Shown here piece by piece: positions 12,601-24,600 of a DNA stretch of 64,000 nucleotides. The translations under genes were made by a program, and so were the position numbers. The notes below the pieces were generated by a model. The model was not told the DNA's origin and searched no databases. It worked only from the letters and a program-made list of their open reading frames with translations. The stretch covers positions 32,798,001 through 32,862,000 of the forward strand of contig OZ360230.1 of assembly GCA_977017645.1 (NCBI GenBank), in the 5' to 3' direction. This DNA is from Torpedo marmorata. Taxonomy: Eukaryota. Within the stretch, counting starts at the first letter, position 1. Each line of letters begins with the position of its first letter.

Positions 12601-15600
12601 TATAATGTTCAATACTGGGTTAGAATTTATTTTCCTTAATTTCATGCTTGCCTCTGTAATTTAACTGCATTATCGTATATTAAGAAATTTTATTGTATCC
12701 AGATAATTGTTGCCTTTAACATCAACGCCTGCCTGAATTCATTTTCAGTCTCAGAAACAAGCACGGCCACCACTGCCCCTTCTACCACTCCAGGCACAAG
12801 CAGCGAGACAACAGGTACAATCATGCACCATATACATATCGACCGTTCGGTCTTCTCTCCCAGTCAATATTTCCTCTTGATGCAAATTAAAAACAGTAGC
12901 GATGCCTGATGTTTAAAGCTGAAAAGATTCTTCATCATTGTTAAACACAGTTCCATTCTGTGATTCAATGAAAAATTGCAATGATAAAGCATATTTGCAA
13001 CAGCAGATTTAAGAAAAATAATCAGATGCCCAGCAAGATGAAAATCTAACTGTAAATTTGTCTTGTCGTGTCTCTACATAAACTAACGTAATGATTCGAC
13101 AACAATACCTTTGCCATGTCTGTGACGAATTCAAATGTCAAAAGGGGCTTCACATCAAGCACTAAACATCAGACTGCAGTGATTGGGGCCAGATACACAA
13201 TCATTTACACACTCTATTTTTTATTTTCAAAATCCTTGCAGTCAGCTAAAGTAATGTTGCCATTAAAATCTATTCAATGGTTTATCAAGGACTGATGCAC
13301 AAGTAGGTAACGGTGAAAAGTTCACAATTTTGCCCAACTATTCACTCATCACTTGCTGTGACATGGAACCTTCTTCACTTCGAAAATAATCAACAGTCAC
13401 AAGGTATCCCTTGCAACATTGCTATTACACGAGCTATTTGTCCTAAGAAAGGAAATAAAATTAATTCACTGTTACATCATCTGTTTAAACCATGTATTAG
13501 AGCAGCTTGAACATACTCTGTTGTATTTTAATTAAATGCAATGTGTATCAATTTAAAGGATCTCTATCTTCAACGACAGAAGGAAGTACCTCCTCAGTGG
13601 AAAGTACAACTTTCAGCTCTTCAACAACAGAGCCAACATCAACGTCAAAAGGTAACATCAATGGGCACCGAGGCTTTGTATGTTGGCAGGGATGAGTTAC
13701 AAATTGTAAAAATATACCTCCAATCAAATATGTGCTTCGTGTATTGTCCAAGGCTGCATGTCATCAGAAAGGTTAAACTGTTCAAAGTCATTCCCGTATG
13801 GAAATTCTGTGGTGTGAAATGTTCTGATCAATATAAATTATGTACATATTAATGCTCAGGGGGGCATAGGTTGCATCCCTGCGTGATGAATTCCATGTTA
13901 AGTCGTAAACTTCAGAGCAGTTGCTTCAACAGGATGGAATGAATTGAGGGATTAACGATAATCATTCATTGTACAAGTACGAGAAAATATTCCAATCAAT
14001 CTTGAAAACTAGCAATCATCTGAATGGTGACTCGTATTTGACAGGATGTCACACTTTATTTTCAATTATTGGTAACCATTTCTTCTTCTCAGTTTCATTT
14101 CCCCTTCAAAAATGTAGGTGCTCTGTTGTATAATAAGCTGTTTCATTACATCCAGAGAGTCAACTTGACTTTAACATCAGCACGTTTTGTCCCCATTTTC
14201 AGTATCAGAACAAAGCACGACCACCCTGGCTCCTTCAACTACCTCTGCTACAAGTAGTGAAACAACAGGTAGATTCATACATCAAGAGTATCAATACAAT
14301 ACATTGCAGATATGACAGTGGCTTTTTAGGGGCTTCCAGATAGACTCGTGAATATACGGGGAAAAACGTGTTAAGTAACAATGAAAGCACGAGAGATTTT
14401 TTAAATTTAGGCATCAGGTAAATTGCTGACATAATGAGACCTTGGGCTGATTCCGGTGCAGTTCTGTTCTATTGTCCAGGTTCCCCACAGTCATGTATTC
14501 TCTCAATTCAAGTGATGATTGGAGATGCTTGATAAATTTCTCTTCAGATTTCTGAACTGCTGAAGAAAATCATGTTCACTTTATAGTTCCATGCACTGAA
14601 TCAGTGAACTATTCCGTAGATATGGCATATTTGAGAAAAAAAAATTCTTAAAAATAACCATTGGTCTTGCAAGACGAGACCACGTGTGAATTTGCATTTT
14701 TTATGCCTCCACGTTATAAAATCTAACTATTAAAATAAAAATGGCTTTGCCGTCACTGAAAAGCGTTCAAATAACAAAATTGCCCAGCTCACTCAAATAA
14801 CAAAGCAGAATTTCAACCTAACAAATGAATATTAAGCTGTAGTCACTGCTGTCATATATGCATTCACTTTCTGGCTCTAACATCCTTTTCAAACACATTC
14901 AACTCATGTAAAATCCAGATAATTTTGAAATCTAACAAATAATTCATCAATGGACAACCAACAAATAAATATCAATGCCAATTCTTCAACTTTTACCATT
15001 AACATTTCATTGATATTTCATGGAGGTTCCCTTCAAGATAAACATGCAGTTGACTGATATGGTAGGAAGATATGTTTTGATATATTGTCAAATTTATTCA
15101 GACTTTTGGACTCTCATGAATTTATATGTGTCAAATCCAGATGATGAACAATTTATTCAAGATGCTTTTTTACATTTATCAGATGCTGAGGAAAATATTC
15201 TAATTGGTGGAGATTTTAATTGTTGTTTAAATCCAGTAATGGATAAAACTTCTAAGTCATCTGTTCGACCTAAAATAGTTAAAAAGATTATTAATTTGAT
15301 GGAGGATTTAAATTTGGTAGATATTTGGAGAAAATTGAATCCTAGAGAGAAAGATTACTCATTTTATTCATTCAGACATAATTCATTTTCTAGGATAGAT
15401 TTATTCTTATTATCTTCACAAATTCAGGATAGAATAACACAAGTATCTTATAAAGCAAGAATAATTTCAGATCATTCACCTTTATTAATGACATGTATAA
15501 TCCCGGAGAAGGAAAAAACTATATACAATTGGAGATTTGACACTTCTTTATTGAAAAGGAAGGATTTTTGTGAATATATGAGAAAAGAAATTCAGGAATT

Positions 15601-18600
15601 TTTAAGAACAAATAATAATTTGATTAATGATAAATTTATGATATGGGAAGCTTTGAAAGCTTATTTAAGAGGTTTAATAATAAGTTTTTCAGCAAAGTTT
15701 AAGAAAGATTATTTGAAAGAAGAAGAAAAATTAGAGAGGGAGATTGAATTCATGGAAAAGGATTTACAAAGAAATAAGTCAATTTTTAAGAGAAATCGTT
15801 TAGTTAGGAGGAAATTACATTATAATTTATTACAAACTCGTAAGACTGAAAAATTAATTGAAAGAACGAAGCAAAGATATTATGAATTAGGGGAAAAAGC
15901 TCATAAGGTTTTATCATGGCAATTAAAAAAAGAGAAAGTTTCTAAAACTATTAATGCTATAAGGAAAAGAAATACTGGGGAAATAACTTATAAGCCACAA
16001 GAAATAAATGAATCTTTTAAAGATTATTATCAGAATTTATATAGATCTGAGATCGATCATGATGATATGAAGATTAATAGATTTTTATCTAAAATTACTC
16101 TACCTAAATTGAATGTTCAGAATAAATATTCTTTGGACTTACCTTTTACGATGAGAGAAGTTACTGAGGCAATATCGACGTTGAAAAGTAGTAAATCTCC
16201 GGGTGACAATGGGTTTCCAGTAGAATTTTATAAAGAATTTAAAGACTTATTGATACCTTTATATATGGAGGTATTGAATCAAGTTACTGAAACTCACTTA
16301 TTACCGAAGACATTTTTAAATGCTATCATTACAGTTATACCAAAGAAAGATAGAGATGTGTTGAAAACTGAGTCTTATAGACCTATTTCATTGTTAAATG
16401 TAGATTATAAAATAATGGCCAAAATTTTAGCAAATAGATTAGCTAAATATTTACCAAACTTGATACATTCAGATCAAGCTGGATTTATTAAGAATAGATA
16501 TTCGAAAGATAATATAGCTAGATTGATAAGTTTGATTAATTTACATAAGAAGAAACAAGATTTACCATTGGTGGTAACATTGGATGCAGAGAAGGCTTTT
16601 GATAGGTTAGAGTTGAACTTTTTATTTAAGGTTTTAGAAAAATTTGGTTTTGGAAATATTTTTATAAATTGGATTAAAACTATATACAAAAAGCCTACAG
16701 CTAAAGTAGTGTTATGGATGTGTTAATGTTAATATTAATATTTAAAGTTAAGTTATAGAATTAGATATCTTAGTAAGGTTAGTTGTGGGCTGGTACAGGG
16801 TTACACACAGGTCACAGCACATTTGCAGAAAAAAACTATTACTGAGAGAAAGAAATTGCAGCTGGGAGTCTTTCGGAGTCGACACGTCTGAAAGACAAAA
16901 GCCATAAAACCTGAAGTGGTTGCTTAAGAGCATTTGAGTGATTTAAAAACTGAAGTGGTTTTTAAAAGCCTTATGATAGCAGCTGTTGCAAACTCAAGTG
17001 CCATTTGAGTTGACATATGCCAGACTATTCGGAGTCGTAATCACTTAAACCTCTTGGAACTGAGATGAGGTCAGATGTAAGTGATTTTGAAGAAAGGCAT
17101 GAGGTAATGCTTTCTGAAAATGAAACTAAAGTTGTGGTGATGTAATGTCACATGATGTCAGAAATATATAATGAAAGCAGAGAGACATTAAGAGGCAGAT
17201 GGAACCAGACTGGAGAAGGCTCTGACGCTTCGGAAAGACGAAGATATAAAGTTTGAAGAACTTTAATTATTCTGGAAAGGCAGAATTGAGTCTGAACAGT
17301 GAATCTCTGAATGAATGGAGGTGCTGTTCTGTGTATTATCCTTATCATAGGAGATACACCAGATGTGGCTTTTAAAATAAGTAAGACCACTTTGTAAATT
17401 GTTTCTAAGAAAAGAGGACATCAGCGTATGTTACTCCTGATTAAGAAATCATTTTGAAGATTACTGTTCCGTAACCCTAACAAGATAGGGGGAACCTTGT
17501 GAACATTCGTATGAAGACTATCTCTGAAAGACAACTCATCAGAAGATGTGTGAGTTTGAAAGAAATTGAATATTCCATTCTTGCTTTATGATAATTTCTG
17601 AATCACAGTTTGGAGGGATCCTGAAGTTCAACGGAGGAGGTTCGAAACTGGACTTTGAAAATTGACTTTTTCAGAATTAAGTTTAAACTGAACTGGTTTG
17701 GACTTTAACACACACACATTTACATTTGCGCATAGTGGGGTTTAAGTTAGAGTTAAGTTTAGAGATAAGTAAGATATGTTATGTTATTAATAGTTTAAAT
17801 AAAAACTATTTTTGAATTTACCATTGTCTAGTGCATATTCCATTGCTGTTTCTTTGTTAGTACTAGCAAGGTTTGTTAGTTCGTAACAGTAGTTACAAAT
17901 GGACAAGTATCGTCAAAATTTTTATTATCACGATCAACAAGACAGGGATGTCCCCTGTCACCTGCTTTATTTGTTTTGGCAATAGAACCTTTAGCTGAAT
18001 TGATTAGAGAAGATAGAAATATAATGGGTATAAACGTTGGTAGGGAAGAACATAAGATTAGCCTGTTTGCAGATGATGTATTAATATATATGACAAAATC
18101 TGTTACATCACTTCAGCAATTGGCTACTATATTGACAGAATATGGTGAGATATCTGGATATAAAATTAATTCAGATAAAAGTGAGATTCTGGCTTTATCT
18201 CAAGGTGATTATACTAGATTTAGAGAGGTTACGGAGTTTAAATGGGCTTGTTATGGACCATGACTGACCATTTGGACTGCGGACGGTCAGCAGGAAGGAT
18301 GAATTCTTTGGAGTATACACTGGGGCCAAGTACTGAAAGAGTTAACTTCCCCAGCTACTTGGTGTACCCAGACAAGATACATTGTTGCACTTTTGGTGTA
18401 CCCAGACAGAGAGAGACAGAGAGAGACCAGAGAGAGAGCCGACAAGATACATTTGTTTCACTTCTGCAAAAAGCAGGGGCAGATCTCTGCAAAGCAGACA
18501 GTTGTGAGTTGCAAGGCTACAGAACACAGCCAGATCCAGGTTTGTGTGCAAAAGTCAGAGAAAGACTGACAGAATAGCACATGGCCTCCTGTCTCAGAGA

Positions 18601-21600
18601 AATTCTGAGAAAAAGCCACTTCTGTGGAGAACAGGCGTGAGATCAGCGAGACTAGCTGTGAGATTCAAGCATACGCCTAAATCAGTGATATACTGATCTG
18701 GAACTTGCAATCCTTATGAACCTACAAGAAGGGGACGTCATCAGAGAAGAAAACAAGTATTTGTAAGCATAACAGTCATTGTCTCTCTCCAACGTTCATT
18801 CAGAAGTACTTCTACCAGACTCCGAGCTGTATTGAAGCCTGAACTTAGAGAGTAGATTTTGTGGACTGTATCTTTTGTTTTTTTGACTGACTTGTTTTTT
18901 TATGACTGACCTGGGGTTTTTGGGGAAAGTTTTTCCATTTTTACATAAGGGTTGGGCACAGACTGTAATGGTCTGGGCTTTACACACACACACATACAAC
19001 TTTTAGATAAGAATAGAGTTTATAGACGTTTATAGTGGGGTTAATTGTTGTGAAATTATATGTTTACTTGTGTTTAATAAATAATAATTTCAGTTTTATC
19101 CCTTTTGCATTGCGTCTTCTGTCGTTGCTGGTTTGATTTTGTAACAGGCTAAAGAAAGTATTAAATATTTGGGAGTTAAAGTGGATACAAAGTTGGAAAA
19201 TTTGTATAAATTAAATTATATACCTTTATTCATGAAAATAAAAAAAGATTTAGAACTTTGGAAAGACTTACCTATAACTTTGATGGGAAGAGTAAATTGT
19301 ATCAAAATGAATGTTTTTCCAAGAATTCAATATCTTTTTCAATCGATTCCTTTTGGAATCCCAAATAAATTTTTTAAGGATTTAAAATTTGTTATTAGGA
19401 AATTTTTATGGAAAGGAAAGTTGGCAAGAGTAAGTATAGATAAATTAACATGGAATTATGAGATGGGAGGATTGCAACTTCCTAATTTTCAGTATTACTA
19501 TAAAGCATCTCAATTAAAATTTATTAATGAATTTTTTGATTCAACTAAATCTTCTGCTTGGATTAATATAGAATTGAATAATATAGGAGAAATACATAAA
19601 GAAGAGATTATTTATAAGTGGAACTCTAAATTATTATTAGCTAAAAAGAAAAATTCACCAATTATTAAACATTTGTTGGAAATTTGGTCACAAGTAGATA
19701 AAGAAATAGGTCGGAAAGGATCAATTTCTTTAAATACACCAATATACCAAAATCTGCTTATACCATTCTCTATTGATAATCAGTTACTTAAATTATGGTT
19801 TCAAAAGGGAATTAAGACCTTGAAAGATTGTTTTGAAGCTGGTAGATTTGTTACTTTTCAAAGGTTAAAAGAAAAATTTAATATACTAGATAATACAATG
19901 TTAGTTTATTTTCAAGTTAAAGCCTTTTTGACTGAGATATTAGGGAATGAATTAGTAGCACCAAGACAAAATGAATTGGAATTGTTAATTACTAAAGTTA
20001 ATATTAATAAGTTTATATCACAAATGTATAAATTATTTCAGAGAAAGATGTCTAAAGTAGGGTTACATAAATCTAGATTAAAATGGAACTAGACTTAAAT
20101 GTTAATATAGATGAAAATCATTGGAGAGACTTATGTAAATTAAGTATGACTAAAGTTTTGAATGTTAGATATAGACTAGTACAATATAATTTCTTTCATC
20201 AATTATATTTAACACCTAAAAAATTAAAGAAATTTAATCCAGCATTATCAGATATGTGTTTTAGATGTAAGAGTGAAATAGGCTCTTTTGTTCACTGTAC
20301 ATGGTTATGTTCAAAAATTCAAGACTTTTGGTTGAAAGTTAAGAATTTTTTAGAGAGAATTTTTAATGTTGTGTTTATGATGGATCCTATGTTATTTTTA
20401 TTTGGAGATATTAGAAAATTTAGTATTAGAAATAGATTAAATATGTATCAGGTAGAATTTTTAAGTATAGTTTTAGCAGTTTCGAAAAAGTGTATAGCTA
20501 TTACTTGGAAGTCAGATGTAGATTTAAATTTAGAAAGATGGCATGCAGAATTACGTTCCTGTATACCATTAGAAAAAATTACCTATAATTTGAGTAATAA
20601 ATATCATTTTTTCTTGAAAATCTGGGGCCCATATATGAGAATTATAGGTTTAACAATTTAAATTCTCTGGATATCGGATCCACTGGCGAAAATAACCTCT
20701 ATGGTAGAATTAGTTTGAAGCTTGTTTCCTCCTCACTCTATTTTTCTATCTTACTTTTTTCTTTTTCTCTTTTACTATATTTTTTTTAGAGTAGTGGGGA
20801 TGTAGGGGTTAGGGAGGGGAGGGTGGGAAGGGGGGGAGAAAATGTATATCACATGTATTTTCAAATGTATGCATTTTATTCTATGTATTTTGTGATTTAA
20901 AAATTTAAATAAAATAAAAAAAAAGATAAACATGCAGTTCCATGACATCAGTTGCCAACTACGTTATTGCATTCTGAAATACTTGGCATCAGAAAGGAAA
21001 TGAAAGTAATTTGAATAGAGATCTGACTTCCAGGATCGTTGAAACAATGTCTAGAACATAGAAGCAAGAACATAGAACAATTCAGCACAGTACAGGCCAT
21101 TCGGCCTTTGATGTTGTGTCGACCCACATACTCCTTCCTAAAAAAAAGTACTAAACCCTCCCTACCCTATAACCCTCTATTTCTCTTTCATCCATGTGTC
21201 TGTCTAAGTGTCTTTTAAATTCCCCCAATGATTCAACATCCACCACTATCCCCGGCAATGCATTCCAGGCACCCACAGCTCTCTGTGTAAAAAACATACC
21301 CCTGATGTCTTCCCTAAACTTCCCTCCATTAACTTTGTACATATGTCCTCTGGTGTTTGCAGATCCTGCCCTGGGAAACAGGTGCTGGCTGTCCACCCTA
21401 TCTATGCTTCTCATAATCTTGTAGACCTCCATCAAGTCTCCTCTCATTCTTCTGCACTTCAAAGAGAAAGGTCCCAGCTCTGCTAACCTTGCCTCAACAG
21501 ACTTGTTTCCCAATCCAGCAAACATCCTGGTAAATTTCCGCTGCACCCTCTCCATAGCTTCCACATATTTCCTATAATCAGGTGACCAGAACTGAACACA

Positions 21601-24600
21601 ATACTTACCAAAGATTTGTGGAGTTGTAACATGACTTCTCTACTGAATTCAATCCCCCTAATAATGAATCCCAGCATCACATATGCCTTTTTAAATATCC
21701 TGTCAACCTTTGCGGCGACCTTGAGGGATGTATGGATTTGTACCGCATGGTCCAAATGTTCATCCACACTCTTAAATATCCGACCATTAACCCTGTACTC
21801 AGCCTTCTGGTTTGGCCTTCCAAAATGCATCACCTCACACTTATCCGGATTGAAATCCATCTGCCACTTTTCTGCCCAACTCTGCATCCTGTCAATATCC
21901 TCTTGTAAACTTCGTCAACCTTCAGCTCCATCTACAACTCCTCCAACCTTCGTGTCATCAGCAAACTTACTGACCCATCCTTCCGCCTCTTCATCCAGGT
22001 TATTTATAAAAATCACAAAGAGCAGGGGTCCCAGAACAGATCTAATCGCAGCTTTCCATGCCCGTATGTATTTTAACAATCATTTTCACATATTTCAACG
22101 AACTACATCAGTGACAACTTCACCGAGCAAATTACATCTTTGACCACTTCTACAACAGAGTCAACATTATTTTTCACAGGTAACATCAATAATAATCTGC
22201 CACTCCAATTGGTGGCATGGAATACATTGGAAGAATAAAAATATTTTCTCGTTCACGTAATCTCTTGTGGAGTTATGCAAGGCGAGAGACCTGACTGTCA
22301 TCAGAAAGGATCATCGATTAAGGCTCATGCCCCGATGAAATGACAGTTGCATCCAAGTTTTGATTGAAGGAAATTACTAGCAAATATTAATCCTCAAGTG
22401 TCAGTTTGGAAAATCAGTGTTTAATAAATACATTTTTCAACTTCAAAAACCAATAGTTGATTGAAATGATCATGCAGATTTCTTCGCGTTCACTTCAACC
22501 TGTTGCCATTTTTTGCTGAGGCAAAATGGGTAAGCTTTTGGTGCATATTACTAAGAACAAATTTCAACCATTGCTCGAGGCTGACAGTTATCAACCTCAT
22601 GTTGATCCTGACTCTAATTTGTCAGGATGCAACATATAATGTTCTTTACTGGCTTAGAATTTATTTTCCTTAATTTCATGCTTACCTCTGTAATTTAACT
22701 GCATTATCATATAATAAGAAATTTTATTGTATCCAGATAATTGTTGCCTTTAACATGAACGCATGCCTGAATTTATTTTCAGTCTCAGAAACAAGCACGG
22801 CCACCACTGCCCCTTCTACCACTCCAGGCACAAGCAGCGAGACAACAGGTACAATCATGCACCATATACGTATCCACCGTTCGGTCTTCTCTCCCAGTCA
22901 ATATTTCCTCTTGATGCAAATTAAAAACAGTAGGGATGCCTGATGTTTAAAGCTGAAAAGATTCTTCATCATGGTTAAACACAGTTCCATTCTGTGATTC
23001 AATGAAAAATTGCAATGATAAAGCATATTTGCAACAGCAGATTTAAGAAAAATAATCTGATGCCAGTGCAAGATGAAAATCTAACTGTAAATTTGTCTTG
23101 TCGTGTCTCTACATAAACTAACGTAATGATTCGACAACAATACCTTTGCCATGTCTGTGACGAATTCAAATGTCAAATGGGGCTTCACATCAAGCACTAA
23201 ACATCAGACTGCAGTGATTGGTGCCAAATACACAATCATTTACACACTCTATTTTTTATTTTCAAAATCCTTGCAGTCAGCTAAAGTAATGTTGCCATTA
23301 AAATCTATTCAATGGTTTATCAAGGACAGACGCACAAGTAGGTAACGGTGAAAAGTTCACAATTTTGCCCAACTATTCACTCACCACTTGCTGTGACATG
23401 GAACCTTCTTCACTTCGAAAATAATCAACAGTCACAAGGTATCCCTTGCAACATTGCTATTACACAAACTATTTGTCATAAGAAAGGAAATAAAATTAAT
23501 TCACTGTTACATCATCTGTTTAAACCATGTATTAGAGCAGCTTGAACATACTCTGATGTATTTTAACTAAATGCAATGTGTATCAATTTAAAGGAACACT
23601 ATCTACAACGACAGAAGGAAGTACCTCGTCAGTGGAAAGTACAACTTTCAGCTCTTCAACAACAGAGCCAACATCAACGTCAATAGGTAACATCAATGGG
23701 CACAGAGGCTTTGTATGTTGGCAGGGATGAGTTACAAATTGTAAAAATATACCTCCAATCAAATATGTGCTTGGTGTATTGTCCAAGGCTGCATGTCATC
23801 AGAAAGGTTAAACTGTTGAAGGTCATTCCCGTATGGAAATTCTGTGGTGTGAAATGTTCTGATCAATATAAATTATGTACATATTAATGATCAGGGGGGC
23901 ATAGGTTGCATCCCTGCGTGATGAATTCCATGTTAAGTCGTATACTTCAGAGCAGTCACTTCAACAGGATGGAATGAATTGAGGGATTAACGATAAACAT
24001 TCATTGTGCAAGTACGAGAAAATATTCCAATCAATCTTAAAAACCAGCAATCATCTGAATGGTGACTCCTATTTGACAGGATGTTACACTTTATTGTCAA
24101 TTATTGGTAACCATTTCTTCTTCTCACTTTCATTTCCCTTTCAAAAATGTAAGTGCTCTGTTGTATAATAAGCTGTTTCATTACATCCAGAGAGTCAACT
24201 TGACTTTAACATCAGCACGTTTTGTCTTCATTTTCAGTATCAGAGCAAAGCACGACCACCCCGGCTCCTTCAACTACCTCTGCTACAAGTAGTGAAACAA
24301 CAGGTAGATTTATACATCAAAAGTATCAATACAATACATTGCAGATATGACAGTGGCTTTTTAGGGGCTTCCAGATAGAAGCGTGAATATACGGGGAACA
24401 ACGGGTTATGTAACATTGAAAACACGAGAGATTTTGTAAATTTAGGCATCAGGTAAATTGCTGACATAATGAGACCTTGGGCCGATTCCGGTGCAGTTCT
24501 GTTCTATTGTCCAGGTTCCCCACAGTCATGTATTCTCTCAATTCAAGTGATGATTGGAGATGCTTGATAAATTTCTCTTCAGATTTCTGAACTGCTGAAG

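Larger units (their letters stand above)
15052..20661 (+). pseudogene. L1 ORF2 (endonuclease/reverse transcriptase), disrupted
   Basis: Segments 15052-16709, 17893-18248 and 19151-20661 rejoin in frame (KPTAKV|VTNGQV; KWA|KESIKYLG) once the LTRs and one TSD each are removed. There is one further frameshift near 20085. Confidence 0.92.
15052..20922 (+). mobile_element. 5'-truncated L1-clade LINE with nearly complete ORF2, interrupted by two solo LTRs
   Basis: Perfect 17-bp TSD aagataaacatgcagtt (15035-15051, 20923-20939). APE endonuclease motifs IGGDFN, SRIDLFL, SDHSPL; RT motifs [39 protein letters not shown]; C-terminal CFRC..H....C knuckle; G-rich 3' UTR; poly(A). Confidence 0.96.

Noticed and set aside
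5242-13558. Array as a pure assembly artefact
   Set aside because: Units carry private SNPs, indels and distinct TSD-flanked insertions. Only the near-identical pairs (units 2/3 and 12/13) still need read-level confirmation.
15020-15051. ATG at 15020 as the true start of the 568-aa L1 ORF
   Set aside because: The first ~11 codons ([11 protein letters not shown]) are host intron and TSD sequence present in most units. The L1 is truncated inside its endonuclease domain.
16710-19146. The two LTRs as the paired ends of one LTR element or TRIM that captured an L1 piece
   Set aside because: They differ in length and sequence, each has its own TSD, and the 356 bp between them is colinear, in-frame L1 ORF2.
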